NCBI RefSeq assembly: GCF_964204645.1
Contig: NC_134026.1
Coordinates: forward strand, 1 to 64,000
From: Tubulanus polymorphus
Lineage: Eukaryota > Animalia > Nemertea
DNA: 64,000 nucleotides
Direction: 5' to 3'
Positions 12,246 to 26,284 of this stretch are shown in pieces. Position 1 is the stretch's first letter. Every line of letters begins with the position of its first letter. The position numbers and the translations under genes are program-made. The notes under the pieces are model-generated. The model searched no databases and was not told where the DNA came from. It saw only the letters and a program-made list of their open reading frames with translations.

Positions 12246-14387
12246 AGTTTATCTTACACTAATTCGCTTAAAACTGATTTCCCCTCAGATCATCCTCATC
12301 AAACATCGCGCTAATTAATCGCTGAGTAAAGTCGTTAAAGCGTAGATATGAATTTGAAATTTTATATAATTAACCTCAGCAGGGATTTACTAGTAATTAT
12401 GTGTACACAGGCGGGACTCTGATATTATATTACCTATTATTATATGAGAACTGAATTATGTTATAACAACCTACATTGAGACTATATCGATTTATACCAA
12501 ACGGTTTTCAAAGGAATTTCATATGAATAGAAGAAGAACTGAATCCATTATTGAATGGCGAGGGTGCGTAGAATAACTCGCTCTCGTTAAAACATAATAG
12601 TTCAAAGTTCCTGAAAAATCACAAAGACATTCGTTGAAATGAATAGTTATAGTTGGTGTTAGCGGTAGTGAACGCACGCACAGACTGACACGGACCGGAC
12701 CGGACCGGACCGACCAGACCGACCGACCGAACCAGTTAGTAGAAAGTACATGTCTATATATAAATAGTAGAAGCTCTCGCTATTTTAAATAGTATTTATC
12801 TGTTTGAACACTGACTGAAATATCTATTTATCTATTTATATCTACTTCAGTAGACTAGAGTCAGAGAGAGGAGGGAGAGGAGAGAGAGGAGAGAGGAGAG
12901 AGGAGGAAGGGGTTAATACTGCTAAACCTCGCTTACTAACTCAGATATAACAAACTGAAAATTTAACAATTTTATTAATTTCACAGATGAAACTAACGTT
13001 TAAATGAAGAGATTTTCTAATTATTTGAAGTTCATCGCGTTACGACTAACACACAGTGACCCCCGACCCTCGAACTGTTCCGACATAACTTCTCGTTCCG
13101 ACTAAAAAAAAAGATGAAAATAAAAAAATGAATACTTACGACGATTAAATGAATGAAATTTATATCCGAATTGAGAAGAATGAATATTAATAATGAAATA
13201 GGTCGCGGCGTCACTCAGTGAGAGGTGACTGCACTGGTGGCTGCTCACGCATTCTGTATATCACTACTAAAGCCTTTTAGTATGCGTACTACAAGACACT
13301 GACGATAGTGCAGTATATGTGCAGTCTGTGCTAGTATACGCATTACACGTGGCGCCACCAATCTATCAAAAACCAAACTAAAACATCGTTTTCTAGGTCA
13401 CCATTACATTTTTACTAGTATTAACATAGTTTATGGACAGGAACACCGTTTAAGCAGTAAGTTGATCTACCTACAACTCTTAACAACTGCATCGGTTTAG
13501 AATGAATACTTGAAACAATTTCAAAAGCCACGATATTTATATAAAAGTCTCCTATTCGTAACAAAATCTAACGACGTTTTATATCAAGATGTATCGCAAA
13601 CTACAGACGACTTCTGTCAAATTGGACACAGTTTTTGTCAGGGCAAAATTTGTCAGGCTTAGGTCAGATTTAGGGGGGTGGAGCAGGACGACTGGTTCAT
13701 CCCCTTCTAGATGTGCCCTCCAAAAAGTCCCTGGAAAAATTATTTTTGTAGGGAAAATTTTGAAAAGACTAAAAATAAATCAAGATCAGCTGGTTCAAGC
13801 TTCAGTTCGAGCTTCAAAAGCCCCTTTTTGTCCTAAATCTTCTGTGGGAATACCAGGAACCCCTCTAATCTTACAAGCTCGCAGCCCTCGCCAAATCTGC
13901 GATTTCAAATTAAGCGCCAATTCCTATTTTCAGGTCTACCTAATCCTAGATCCAGTTAGGAAAGCATCTAATTTTAATAAATCTGACTTGAACAGAGTTT
14001 ACAATGAGATTGATTACAGGAATATAATAATATAGGACGTACCCAGATCTTTCTGTTTTTAAGTAAGATGTTTGACGCCGGTTTCATGTCTCATCAAAAT
14101 AACCCTGGGTCTTATATCTAACAATCTCGTTACTGTGACAGATATCACGTTTTTCTGCAGTATCTCCGAATAAACCACAAAACCGACAAAAACAAATCCC
14201 TTTCTTAACATAAAATGTTAAGAGATCAAGGACGAATCAGAGATTCCTTCTAAGAACTAAACGTAGAACCAGGTAAATGATTAACTATAAGAAACCTTTA
14301 GCCGACTGTTTCTGGCTGTGTGCGATCTGAATTATCCATACAATACACACTGTTTCATCATGATCTTATGATTATGTTTTTATGGGA

Positions 14388-15829
14388 ACAGAGAGGAGAG
14401 AGAGGACGGAGAGGACGGAGAGGACGGAGAGGAGAGAGAGGAGAGAGAGGACGGAGAGGACGGAGAGAACGGAGAGGAGAGAGAGGACAGAAAGGACAGA
14501 GAGGACGGAGGAGAGAGAGGACGGAGAGGAGAGAGAGGACAGAGAGGACAGAGAGGAGAGAGAGGAGAGAGAGGAGAGAGAGGACAGAGAGGACAGAGAG
14601 GAGAGAGAACAGAGGGGAGAGAGGACGGAGAGGAGAGAGAGGACAGAGAGGACAGAGAGGACAGAAAGGACAGAGAGGACGGAGAGGACAGAGAGGAGAG
14701 AGAGGAGAGAGAGGACAGAAAGGACAGAGAGGACGGAGAGGACAGAGAGGAGAGAGAGGAGAGAGAGAGGAGAGAGAGGACGGAGAGGACAGAGAGGACA
14801 GAGGAGAGAGAGGAGAGAGAGGACGGAGAGGATGGAGAGGAGAGAGAGGACGGAGAGGACAGAGAGGAAAGAGGAGAGAGAACAGAGGGGAGAGAGGACG
14901 GAGAGGAGAGAGAGGACAGAGAGGACAGAGAGGACAGAAAGGACAGAGAGGACGGAGAGGACAGAGAGGACAGAGAGGAGAGAGAGGAGAGAGAGGACGG
15001 AGAGGATGGAGAGGAGAGAGAGGACGGAGAGGACAGAGAGGAAAGAGGAGAGAGAACAGAGGGGAGAGAGGACGGAGAGGAGAGAGAGGACAGAGAGGAC
15101 AGAGAGGACAGAAAGGACAGAGAGGACGGAGAGGACAGAGAGGACAGAGAGGAGAGAGAGGACGGAGAGGACGGAGAGGAGAGAGAGGACGGAGAGGATG
15201 GAGAGGAGAGAGAGGACGGAGAGGACAGAGAGGACAGAGGAGAGAGAGGACGGAGAGGACGGAGAGGAGAGAGAGGACAGAGAGGAGAGAGAGGAGAGAG
15301 AGGACAGAGAGGAGAGAGAGGACAGAGAGGACAGAGAGGAGAGAGAGGACAGAGAGGAGAGAGAGGACAGAGAGGACAGAGAGGACAGAGAGGATGGAGA
15401 GGAGAGAGAGGACGGAGAGGACGGAGAGGAGAGAGAGGACAGAGAGGAGAGAGAGGAGAGAGAGGACAGAGAGGAGAGAGAGGACAGAGAGGACGGAGAG
15501 GACAGAGAGGACAGAGAGGAGAGAGAGGAGAGAGAGGACGGAGAGGAGAGAGAGGACGGAGAGGATGGAGAGGAGAGAGAGGACGGAGAGGACAGAGAGG
15601 ACAGAGGAGAGAGAGGACGGAGAGGACGGAGAGGAGAGAGAGGACAGAGAGGAGAGAGAGGAGAGAGAGGACAGAGAGGAGAGAGAGGACAGAGAGGACA
15701 GAGAGGATGGAGAGGAGAGAGAGGACGGAGAGGACGGAGAGGACGGAGAGGAGAGAGAGGACAGAGAGGAGAGAGAGGACAGAGAGGAGAGAGAGGACAG
15801 AGAGGAGAGAGAGGACGGAGAGGACGGAG
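14388..15829. repeat. 1.4-kb purine-rich 9-bp satellite (GAGAGGACA/GAGAGGACG/GAGAGGAGA)
   Basis: Seen directly. It generates the spurious 509-aa and 494-aa R/G/E ORFs. Confidence 0.97.
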
Positions 15830-17268
15830 ATGTTATTTATTCAATGTAACTAATGTAAGACTGTGAAACTCTATTGAGACACTCTACAATTATACAGCGT
15901 AAAATTCATTTTATTTCATGTCTTCGACAAAAAGAATCATTGATTCAAATATAAATTATCGTATACAAGATTCATCGTAGTTAATAAATCAAGTTGTATC
16001 CCGTTTTGTACAGGTCTGATTTAGACCATGCGGGTCCACGCCTGCTGTCTGTAGAAATCTATATAACATCGTTAATCTTACCTGTGATTCGCGATGAAGC
16101 CTTGCGTCGATTCTAAATGAAACCTCGCGAGGAAACCTCAAGAAGTGACTAGGGAACGAATATACAGAGACCTCTAGTGGCGTATAGAAACAACGTAAAC
16201 TTTGCTGACGTTCAGTTCAAAGCGATAAATCATAAATGAATTTCTATCGCTTTATATCAAACTGTCACTTGATAAAACTTAAAGACATTAATACAATTTA
16301 TCATTCTATCCGTTTAAATCATTGAATACAATAAAAACAATAAATATGATAAACCGATACAATAAATAAATCCCACATTGACGATACTTATCTATCACGG
16401 CAACCGAATGCTTAAAAGTTGGAAATATAAGGAGATGATTTTAGCCCCGAAACACATTAAGCATGTGTCTAATTAGAGCCTGTGTCGCGTAAATCTATCA
16501 CTCATTACTAAACATAAAAACAATACTCTAACAATTGAGATGAAATCCCTTACAGAACCAGTGAGCAAGTTTGGAGCAAGCCTGGTGCGATGTTTTGGTC
16601 AGTGTCAAATTCGGCAGCAAAAAAATGCTTTTAACTTAGAAGAATTTCGGGATAATTTATTTTTGATTGATTGATTGATTGATGTGTGCGATTGAGTCAG
16701 GTGTTTTCATTATGTAATAAAAACACAATTTGCACCGAATGCTTCCACACTTTGACCGCAAAACACTTGAAATATATTCACAAAATATCAACTGTAGTCT
16801 TACTATATATGATAACAAAACCTAATCATAATGATATATGAGATCGCACCGAACGGGTATCATACAGCTCAGAGATCAGAAAACCTTCCTGGTTCATCTC
16901 TCTTCTATCTAAACGATCGATCTAATAATTCAGAAACTTTGTCGCATCGGTTAAATATCGAATGTTTGATATCCTCGGAAAATAGAAAATAACTAAATTA
17001 ATTGACGTCCTTGAAAAATATCACATATATCTCTTGATATCGTATTCGAGTATATCAAAAATTTGAATTGAATGGCAACCAGTCTAACCGCGATATATCG
17101 ATAGCATAGTGCACATCCTCTCAACAATAATCATAATAATCTTATCAAAAAATCTGAAATAAAACAACAGTTATGAAATGATAAAAGTTAAATTCCAAAA
17201 CAACTGCAAAAATTCACATTTGTAATTATTTTTTTTTAACATCAATATTGATGAAGTAGTACACATCG

Positions 17269-17681
17269 ACTCACACGGAACCCCTCATACACTCACACAG
17301 AACCCCTCATACACTCACACAGAACCCCTCATACACTCACACAGAACCCCTCATACACTCACACAGAACCCCTCATACACTCACACAGAACCCCTCATAC
17401 ACTCACACAGAACCCCTCATACACTCACACAGAACCCCTCATACACTCACACAGAACCCCTCATACACTCACACAGAACCCCTCATACACTCACACAGAA
17501 CCCCTCATACACTCACACAGAACCCCTCATACACTCACACAGAACCCCTCATACACTCACACAGAACCCCTCATACACTCACACAGAACCCCTCATACAC
17601 TCACACAGAACCCCTCATACACTCACACAGAACCCCTCATACACTCACACAGAACCCCTCATACACTCACACAGAACCCCT
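17269..17681. repeat. 22-bp minisatellite ACTCACACAGAACCCCTCATAC, ~19 copies
   Basis: Near-identical units, seen directly. Confidence 0.98.
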
Positions 17682-18075
17682 ATACTAGGTATCAATATAT
17701 ATAAACATTATTGTAACGCGTAAAAAAATCTTTATCTTCCAAAAATAGAAAAAAGCAGTTTCATTTCGGGGAAGAGGAAAAATAAAAGAGTTTACAATGA
17801 GAATGAAACAAACTCTGAGAAAAACGACTGAATTGAAATAGATTTCGCTTTTGACTTATATCACACAAAGTGGTGATGTGTGGTGGTCCGGGTACTAGAG
17901 ATAGAGCATTGTCAACCAAACGATCACTACAGTGGCTGTGTTCACTTATCTTAAACAAATATAGAAGCACATACGCCATAACAATCATAACAGATTGGTC
18001 ACGATCCTCGAGTAGATACTTGAAAAAAATAACGCGCTTATTCTCTACATAAACCAATCAACACCACGCCTTTCA

Positions 18076-18141
18076 TTAGTCAAAATTCATAGTCAGACCT
18101 TCGATGACTTCTTCACCTTGATATTCAACTGAGTTCATCTG
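18076..18141 (-). CDS. Candidate terminal coding exon of an unidentified gene (QMNSVEYQGEEVIEGLTMNFD*)
   Basis: Acceptor tgtgttcag, a protein-like frame, and a TAA-TGA double stop. An in-phase 12-nt micro-exon candidate (ctctcag|AGAGTGATGAAG|gttagt, RVMK) lies at 18571-18582. Confidence 0.45.
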   Translation of the reverse strand, partial: QMNSVEYQGEEVIEGLTMNFD

Positions 18142-18170
18142 CTGAACACACACACACACTACACTACACA

Positions 18171-18305
18171 CTCCCGACCTGCGGGAGGGACGGGTACTCC
18201 CGGCCTGCGGGAGGGACGGGTACTCCCGACCTGCAGGAAGACGGGTACTCCCGACCTGCAGGAGGGACGGGTACTCCCGGCCTGAAGGAGGAACGGGTAC
18301 TCCCT
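18171..18305. repeat. 26-bp GC-rich tandem repeat, ~5 copies
   Basis: Unit CTCCCGACCTGCGGGAGGGACGGGTA. Confidence 0.92.
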
Positions 18306-20654
18306 GCAGAAGAGAGACTGAGTACTCAATATATATGTATATGGATGCTATGGTCATCAACCCGATGGCTTTCAGTCACTCAACTAATATCAAGTGACAT
18401 CAACACTTGACGAAATAAGTAAAGGTTGTGATTTAGGAAAAGGAAATATGAATGCATTAGTAAAATTACCCGAAAGGTCATATACTGATACTGATACTGA
18501 TACTGATACTGATACTGATGTAAGTGAAGGCAATCAGTGAGATGATGAATCATGCTTTATCTGAACTAACCTTCATCACTCTCTGAGAGTCACACGCATC
18601 AAAATAACAATTGTTTTTCATCCGAAGCAAATTTGAATTCACCGTAAATTCAAGGCTGCACTCGATGTCATCGTCAAATGCCAGTTTATTAAAAGCGCAG
18701 AAAAAAACATATTTTTTGCAATAACAGATATTTATAACTGGCATTTGAGTGAGGAGTCAAATGACAGTTATAAAGGTGAAGAAAAAAAGTTTTTAAAATG
18801 TCAGAAAGCTTTCTAATCGGTGACGGCATCAGGAGTTTAACTGGGGACGAGAGACTAGAAATAGAGATGTTAGTGTTAGAGATGGTGACTGTGTTACAAG
18901 CATATATCATACATCCATTAGCTAGCTCAGGCATCTATAGCTTTATGGGGTGGATTACTTGGAAAATGTGTGCAATTTATCAGGAAGCCTCCTCTCCCAC
19001 CCTCTCTCTCTCCCTCCCTCTCTCTCTCTCTCCCTCTCTCTCTCTCTCTCCTGCTCTGTCTATCTGTAACTCCTGAAGTATGAAATATTGCCATAAATAA
19101 CAGACTGCAGATCTTTTACACAGAAATCTATTCAACTTTATTACATAACATTAGCAGTAGTGAGTGGCAACCATTAGATAGCACCGGTTTCTGGAAACAG
19201 ATTCATCTGAGAGAGCTAGGAACCAATTATAATTTCCAAGGAAGCTTTCGTTTAAGAAACATTTCCAGTGAAGAGTCATTAACGCGATTAAACACATGCA
19301 GTGAAGTATAATCTACTAATTGTATTCTAGGAAAAATTATCGAATTTTCATTTTACCGGCCAGAGATTTTTAGATTTCTGTTGTTTTTATACCCAAAACC
19401 CATCGGACAGTCATCGACACCCCTCTCATCTAAGATGGCTATAATTCTATTAACCCGATTATTCCCTGACAAGCGCATTGTTTTCCCCAACTTGATTTGA
19501 TCAATAAACACAATTCAAATACATAAAACATAGACTGAAACTGTTTGATTTTACGCCCGATCAAAATATCTCAATAAATATCTCTCACTTTTAGCTTCTT
19601 GTTTTTATAAAATGCTGATTTCCAGATAAGTGACCACCCTGAATAATCTACCAAATTCCACGACCTTTCTTTTCTAGTTTACATGTTATTTCCAACACTC
19701 GACTCTAAAATTCCTCGATGTTTCATATTTCTAATATTTCAACTCAACACGACCTTGACACGTGATCATCATACAACAAATTCCACACGGACGGCAAAAC
19801 AAATGATAATAACATTACACCTAAAGTTTCAGCTATAATTCCTCGACTTTCAAAGACGTGGAAGACTGTTTAAAGCTTCCCTGATTTATCAAGATTTGCA
19901 CTGTAACCTTTTGGTGATAATTACTATATGAAGTAATGAGTAAATGCGTTAATTAGCAGTTCCTTAAAGTTTAAAATCCTGAGCCGAGTTTCACACATGA
20001 TTTACCGACAGGGTCCCGTGTTTGAATTGTTTTTGGATTAACTGATAGCAATAAACCAAAATATTAAATTTGAGACCCGGTCAATGAAACCAGGTCCCGA
20101 ATATGGCAAACATTGAACCCTATATCTTGATATATCGAAATCTCAGGAAGTCTCGCATTCATCAAACATCTACTAAAACTGAGTTAGCAATAAACATACG
20201 CATAATGCCATAACTTACAAAAATTCGATTTATTATCATATTTAATTTTTTGATTCGAAATATCTACAAAATTTTCCCGGGCGGGCGCTGGTGTTACCTG
20301 ACATGACTGATAGATTTACCTGTCAACATACAGTCATTTATTACTTTAATCAACAATCAACATTTATATCTAAAACTGCTGATTATTTTGTTGATAGTAT
20401 TTCAGTTCAGTCGACCCTCTCAACGCACCGACAAAACATAAATTAAAATTCAATTGAATTTTCGAATGAAATTCTGCTCCAGTGCGCGACACATCGTATC
20501 ATCACTAGCTATCTAACCCGAAAATTCTGCATTTATCTGATAACGTTTATTTTCACTCAGAGATGGTAGCATGAGAGGAGAGAGTGAGGAGGGGAGCAAG
20601 GAGGAGAGTGAGGAGGAGGAATGAGGAGGAGGGGAGTGAAGAGAGGAGCGAGGA

Positions 20655-20701
<47 letters not shown>

Positions 20702-20820
20702 TATGTAAGAAAAAATTGGGTTGCCAGAGGTTTTACATAACCATGGCAACGGCATCAATCACATCAATTATCAAAAGATTCGAGAGATATGAATAAAAAA
20801 AAGAAACACTGATGAAGAAC

Positions 20821-21880
20821 TAACAGGCTGAACCTAAATAACAGGCTGAACCTAAATAACAGGCTGAACCTAAATAACAGGCTGAACCTAAATAACAGGC
20901 TGAACCTAAATAACAGGCTGAACCTAAATAACAGGCTGAACCTAAATAACAGGCTGAACCTAAATAACAGGCTGAACCTAAATAACAGGCTGAACCTAAA
21001 TAACAGGCTGAACCTAAATAACAGGCTGAACCTGTATAACAGGCTGAACCTAAATAACAGGCTGAACCTAAATAACAGGCTGAACCTAAATAACAGGCTG
21101 AACCTAAATAACAGGCTGAACCTAAATAACAGGCTGAACCTAAATAACAGGCTGAACCTAAATAACAGGCTGAACCTAAATAACAGGCTGAACCTGTATA
21201 ACAGGCTGAACCTAAATAACAGGCTGAACCTAAATAACAGGCTGAACCTAAATAACAGGCTGAACCTAAATAACAGGCTGAACCTAAATAACAGGCTGAA
21301 CCTAAATAACAGGCTGAACCTAAATAACAGGCTGAACCTAAATAACAGGCTGAACCTAAATAACAGGCTGAACCTAAATAACAGGCTGAACCTAAATAAC
21401 AGGCTGAACCTAAATAACAGGCTGAACCTAAATAACAGGCTGAACCTAAATAACAGGCTGAACCTAAATAACAGGCTGAACCTAAATAACAGGCTGAACC
21501 TAAATAACAGGCTGAACCTAAATAACAGGCTGAACCTAAATAACAGGCTGAACCTAAATAACAGGCTGAACCTAAATAACAGGCTGAACCTAAATAACAG
21601 GCTGAACCTAAATAACAGGCTGAACCTAAATAACAGGCTGAACCTAAATAACAGGCTGAACCTGTATAACAGGCTGAACCTAAATAACAGGCTGAACCTA
21701 AATAACAGGCTGAACCTAAATAACAGGCTGAACCTAAATAACAGGCTGAACCTAAATAACAGGCTGAACCTAAATAACAGGCTGAACCTAAATAACAGGC
21801 TGAACCTAAATAACAGGCTGAACCTAAATAACAGGCTGAACCTAAATAACAGGCTGAACCTAAATAACAGGCTGAACCTG
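20821..21880. repeat. 18-bp minisatellite TAACAGGCTGAACCTAAA, ~59 copies
   Basis: Highly homogeneous, with occasional CCTGTA variant units. Confidence 0.99.
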
Positions 21881-21887
21881 TATACAT

Positions 21888-22775
21888 CTGAATACATCGC
21901 ATGTCTGTCCACACCTCCTGGGTTCATACCACTCTCACTGACCTGAATACATCGCATGTCTGTCCACACCTCCTGGGTTCATACCACTCTCACTGACCTG
22001 AATACATCGCATGTCTGTCCACACCTCCTGGGTTCATACCACTCTCACTGCCCTTAATACATCGCATGTCTGTCCACACCTCCTGGGTTCATACCACTCT
22101 CACTGACCTGAATACATCGCATGTCTGTCCACACCTCCTGGGTTCATACCACTCTCACTGATCTGAATACATCGCATGTCTGTCCACACCTCCTGGGTTC
22201 ATACCACTCTCGCTGATCTGAATACATCGCATGTCTGTCCACACCTCCTGGGTTCATACCACTCTCACTGATCTGAATACATCGCATGTCTGTCCACACC
22301 TCCTGGGTTCATACCATTCTCACTGATCTGAATACATCGCATGTCTGTCCACACCTCCTGGGTTCATACCACTCTCACTGATCTGAATACATCGCATGTC
22401 TGTCCACACCTCCTGGGTTCATACCACTCTCACTGATCTGAATACACCGCATGTCTGTCCACACCTCCTGGGTTCATACCACTCTCACTGATCTGAATAC
22501 ATCGCATGTCTGTCCACACCTCCTGGGTTCATACCACTCTCACTGATCTGAATACATCGCATGTCTGTCCACACCTCCTGGGTTCATACCACTCTCACTG
22601 ATCTGAATACATCGCATGTCTGTCCACACCTCCTGGGTTCATACCACTCTCACTGATCTGAATACATCGCATGTCTGTCCACACCTCCTGGGTTCATACC
22701 ACTCTCACTGATCTGAATACATCGCATGTCTGTCCACACCTCCTGGGTTCATACCATTCTCACTGATCTGAATAC
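21888..22775. repeat. 55-bp minisatellite, ~16 copies
   Basis: Unit CTGAATACATCGCATGTCTGTCCACACCTCCTGGGTTCATACCACTCTCACTGAT; abuts the 18-bp array. Confidence 0.98.
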
Positions 22776-23883
22776 AGTTCCTATCTAATCATAGTCCAGG
22801 AAATTGCGTCTAGAAGCTGGGCCTATTTTTCCTGGAGAGGACCACCACACCCCCATCCCCCTCATGGTCAGTTAATTCATAAATCAGCAGCCTCCTGTCC
22901 CATATACACAGTTTTTAGTTCTACCCCTGCTCATAGTACTGTTAGATGTCATGTATAGCTAGAAGAGAGACTGGCTGGCTGGCTGTTTTTAATCAGTTCT
23001 GCATGGGCATCTAGCGAAGCTATAAAACTCGAGCAAATAAGGCTATTCCTATGCTAGACCATTGTCTCTTTAATGAGCCTTACCACCGAGACGACACTTT
23101 ATGGGCAAGCCGGAATTTTACGAGCCATAATCTGCGTCGATGTAAGCACTACGAGTTCTATGTTGAAGGTTCTGGCGCGGCGCAAATGGCCGTAAACAAT
23201 CGCCGAGCAACATGCTACGAATCGGTAAAAAATGCGTCCTACGATGTCGACTTAATGGGAAACACCAGCTATCCCACCAGATGGCGTGACGAGCGCTCCA
23301 GTTTTACTCGTTCACATTTAGATCATTTTCAAAATCTAATTTGAACTGAATTTTTAGGCTCCAGAATATATACATTATCACAGGAACCACTGATTGTTTT
23401 ACTCAGTGTTTGGTATAATTTTCATTGATAATTATGAGAAAAGTGGAATCCTTGATTGGCAGTAGTTGATGTCCTACTTCACACTAGCGACACCTGGTGG
23501 ATCCTCACTTGCCACAAGTGGAGTCAATACAATAACTATGGAGCCCTGTATTCTATCTGGTGCTGGCACAGAGACGTAAACACGTATTTACTGTGACTGA
23601 CTCGAATATTTCATGATTTATCAGCAAATTGCAGCAAGCCTTTAAAAATATACTGCACGCAACGAAGGATGAAGACTACATTTTACCCGATTGCCAGGGT
23701 TCTTCTAACATATCCCAGAATTCTCTCATATTTCCACGACTAAAGATATCCTCAGTGAGGGTTGTTTCTTATCAAGAGGTTCCTTGTGTCACTCGTCACC
23801 AGCAAGAACAACAATACACGAAAAAATTCAAATTCTCTAACTTTTTCCTGATTCCAAGAATAGAAACATGTGGCACATAGATA

Positions 23884-24403
23884 CCTGAGACGGGTAGCCC
23901 CTTAGATGGGTAGCCCGTAAGACGGGTAGCCCCTGAGATGGATAGCCCCTGAGACGGGTAGCCCGTGAGACGGGTAGCCCCTGAGACGGGTAGCCCGTGA
24001 GATGGGTAGCCCCTGAGACAGGTAGCCCCTGAGATGGGTAGCCCCTGAGACGGGTAGCCCGTGAGACGGGTAGCCCCTGAGACGGGTAGCCCGTGAGATG
24101 GGTAGCCCCTGAGACAGGTAGCCCCTGAGATGGGTAGCCCGTGAGACGGGTAGCCCCTGAGACGGGTAGCCCCTGAGACGGGTAGCCCCTGAGACGGGTA
24201 GCCCGTGAGACGGGTAGCCCCTGAGACGGGTAGCCCCTGAGACGGGTAGCCCCTGAGACGGGTAGCCCGTGAGACGGGTAGCCCCTGAGACGGGTAGCCC
24301 CTGAGACGGGTAGCCCCTGAGACGGGTAGCCCCTGAGACGGGTAGCCCCTGAGACGGGTAGCCCCTGAGACGGGTAGCCCCTGAGACGGGTAGCCCCTGA
24401 GAC
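23884..24403. repeat. 16-bp minisatellite GAGACGGGTAGCCC(C/G)T, ~32 copies
   Basis: Seen directly. Confidence 0.98.
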
Positions 24404-25480
24404 TAGATTAAATGCAAACGATTAATTACAGCAAGTAAAATGTGCAGCCATAAATATAAAATTCTCGGATGAAGACGACGAGGAAGGAATCCTGTAAATG
24501 TTTACCGTGAATAATATTCTGTGATGCTATAAAAGCGTAAAGATAAATATCCCTACTTCAGTGACTTATAAAACGAACATAAAACTGAGTGTCTCACACA
24601 GATCTGTGTCTCACTCCCTTCACACTCCCCACTCCCCTCTCTCTCTTACTCCCCACTCTCCACTTCACTCCCCTCTCTACTCCTCACTCTCTCTCTCCAC
24701 TTCACTCCCCTCACACTCCCCTCTCTCTTTCTCTCTCTCCCTCTCCCCCTCCCACTCCCCACTCACTCTCTCTCCCACTCCCCTCTCCCCTCTCACTCAT
24801 TGTCACTGATCAGGTAAACAGTGGAATATTGAATACACATCTACAGAAAATATAAACAGCCTTTAATATGACATCCGACGAGCCACTCCGAGCCACTCCC
24901 TGAGTTTTTACACAACTCATCTGACATTCGTCTTCAACATTAAATGAAATATGAGGATGAAAACGATGTCTATTCATAGGTAAAATTCACTTTATTCTCA
25001 TCAGTTTCATATTCATCATCTAAAAAATCTCACCAATTATTAATTCAGGTTTTACATTTATTCATTTTTTGTGTAAAATGTAAGAGAAATTTCACGACGT
25101 TTCATCTGAATTTCTTATAATCCATCAAATAAATTCAACACTAATCAGAACAGTAGAACTTGAAACATGAAATTACATTTTGAAGTTTGAAATATATATA
25201 TATTGATATATATTCACTGATAAATAAAGTATTCAGATATCGAGCAGGTATCAAATATATACCATTCAACTCAGGCCTGAACACCCCTTCAAATATTTGA
25301 TATTTTAGCGTGAAGTGTGGATGATCAGTTTTTGAAAGTGTGCAGACAAGATGTCTAATGTCTGGTGTTTGTAGTTCATTTTCAATTAAAAATGTCTCAG
25401 ATGAAGCACTGAACACACGTGAAGTGTGGATGATCAAAAATAAGAATTATGATTATGAAATGTCTATGGATTTAGGCTTA

Positions 25481-25894
25481 AGGGGCAGTGCAGGGTCCAG
25501 GCAGAGGGGCAGTGCAGGGTCCAGGCAGAGGGGCAGTGCAGGGTCCAGGCAGAGGGGCAGTGCAGGGTCCAGGCAGAGGGGCAGTGCAGGGTCCAGGCAG
25601 AGGGGCAGTGCAGGGTCCAGGCAGAGGGGCAGTGCAGGGTCCAGGCAGAGGGGCAGTGCAGGGTCCAGGCAGAGGGGCAGTGCAGGGTCCAGGCAGAGGG
25701 GCAGTGCAGGGTCCAGGCAGAGGAGCAGTGCAGGGTCCAGGCAGAGGGGCAGTGCAGGGTCCAGGCAGAGGGGCAGTGCAGGGTCCAGGCAGAGGGGCAG
25801 TGCAGGGTCCAGGCAGAGGGGCAGTGCAGGGTCCAGGCAGAGGGGCAGTGCAGGGTCCAGGCAGAGGGGCAGTGCAGGGTCCAGGCAGAGGGGG
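25481..25894. repeat. 24-bp G-rich minisatellite AGGGGCAGTGCAGGGTCCAGGCAG, ~17 copies
   Basis: Seen directly. It explains four overlapping repetitive ORFs. Confidence 0.98.
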
Positions 25895-26284
25895 TGCTCC
25901 GGTTGAGGGGCCAGCTACCTGAAGATGACATACACAATGACATACACAATGACATACATTACATTTAATGGCTGCGTTGAGAATCCAAAGAATTTCTTTC
26001 ACTCGAAGACAATAATAAAAATTAAAACCACTTGAGATAAAGCAGTTCACAACCACTTCAGTATTCTAAATACCAAACATCTCATTTCGATATAACAATA
26101 ATCATATATGATATCCTATAACAGTATAAACACTACATGCAGTGAATTAATTAAAAATCATCAGTTCACTGACAGATAAAAAACAGATAAAACCAGAATC
26201 AATTAATCAATCCAAAAAAAAAAAAATATCATATGAAAGAGAATTTAATTACACCAGGAAAAATCTATTTTCCTCATCAGATTT

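Noticed and set aside
13589-14035. 148-aa ORF
   Set aside because: No recognisable domain or splice context; the sequence looks like a decayed non-autonomous DNA transposon.
14320-15866. 509-aa and 494-aa RG/ER-rich ORFs resembling collagen or RGG proteins
   Set aside because: Translation of a nearly T-free purine satellite, with no codon structure or splice context.
20764-21969. FRFSLL and GSACYL repeat ORFs
   Set aside because: Artefact of the 18-bp minisatellite, with no synonymous variation.
25340-26056. Four overlapping repetitive ORFs
   Set aside because: Artefact of the 24-bp minisatellite, open on both strands.
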